DNA of 34,957 nucleotides from Dimargaris cristalligena (Eukaryota): NCBI GenBank assembly GCA_003614675.1, contig ML002385.1, positions 1 to 34,957 of the forward strand, read 5' to 3'. Shown piece by piece: positions 34,401 to 34,957 of this stretch (position 1 is its first letter; each line of letters starts with the position of its first letter). The notes under the pieces were generated by a model. It saw only the letters and a program-made list of their open reading frames with translations, ran no database searches and was not told where the DNA came from. The position numbers and the translations under genes were made by a program.

Positions 34401-34957
34401 CGCCTAACCCTGGGCAGCCATCGATCGGCCGCATCGTCCGCGGTTCACCTACTGACGGCCACTTCGACGGCCGCCCGTCGCCGGGCCAGTGATCCGGCCT
34501 TACCCCACATGCCCTCCGACCGTGCGCCACCGCCGTCCACTTACGCCCCCTTCGAACGGACTTTACCGATCAGGAACGGGATAGTATCATCGATCGAACG
34601 GCCACCCCGAAAGACCTCGAATTTAGGGTGCCGAACTACCCGGGTGCCGATCCTGCGGTAGCGGACGATAGTACGACCCCCAGTCAGACCAACCAACGGG
34701 AATCCCACTCCCGTTTAATTGCGGCCCTTTCCACTCCACCGGTCGATGATTCCCCGGCCCCGGTCTCCGTTCCGGCTCCGCTGCCAATCCCCACGGACAG
34801 GGGTACCAGCACCCGCGCCAGTACGAACACCAGTGCCCGTTCATCGCGGTGTATTTCGCGCACCACTAGCCTAGGTGGTCTTCCCATGATTTCCGAAATG
34901 GCCGAAAGTCTGCATTCTCACCGCACCCAAGACGACGACGACGAAGAGGACGATCCT
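31458..34957 (+). CDS. Uds1 (Up-regulated during septation 1)-domain coiled-coil protein; main frame stops at 34661 but coding probably continues in the -1 frame past the window end
   Basis: ELVEHILNATQTYPLL..LQADIAGLSARVEKEVRMGEGLRKL..EIALCENRILSLNKEI..ENELHHHYLAAF follows the Uds1 domain pattern. Several coiled coils, including heptad repeats REQLYND/REQLYHD. First ATG at 31458. Frame 2 is open 34493-34957. Confidence 0.7.

Noticed and set aside
1..34957. tRNA genes, CRISPR arrays, prokaryotic-type Argonaute system, Mucorales-type sex locus
   Set aside because: No cloverleaf or repeat-spacer array seen; the Argonaute is eukaryotic type among eukaryotic genes with a spliceosomal intron; no HMG-box, tptA or rnhA genes present.

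Overview
Eukaryotic, intron-poor fungal genomic DNA with GC-rich genes and more AT-rich intergenic tracts. The style resembles an early-diverging fungus such as the Zoopagomycota mycoparasite Dimargaris; this is inference only. Recognisable genes: NUS1, an Argonaute, NAF1, VDAC/porin divergent from PGK (one intron), a Uds1-domain coiled-coil protein with an apparent frameshift near its 3' end, and a dispersed 5S rRNA gene. The most striking unannotated structure is a ~2.7-3 kb diverged inverted duplication (~3780-6500 vs ~25745-28810) bracketing a ~19 kb core. Each arm carries a 57-codon gene, missed by the ORF track, encoding signal peptide + short pro-region + KR site + a 23-aa Gly/Trp-rich peptide (QLTGGSGNDSGGVGLGWGSSWGW). 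The two CDSs and a 288-bp upstream block are ~98-99% identical while the rest of the arms are far more diverged. Just inside the arms lie two genes combining an apparent signal peptide with zinc-finger motifs, candidate secreted transcription-factor-like effectors.
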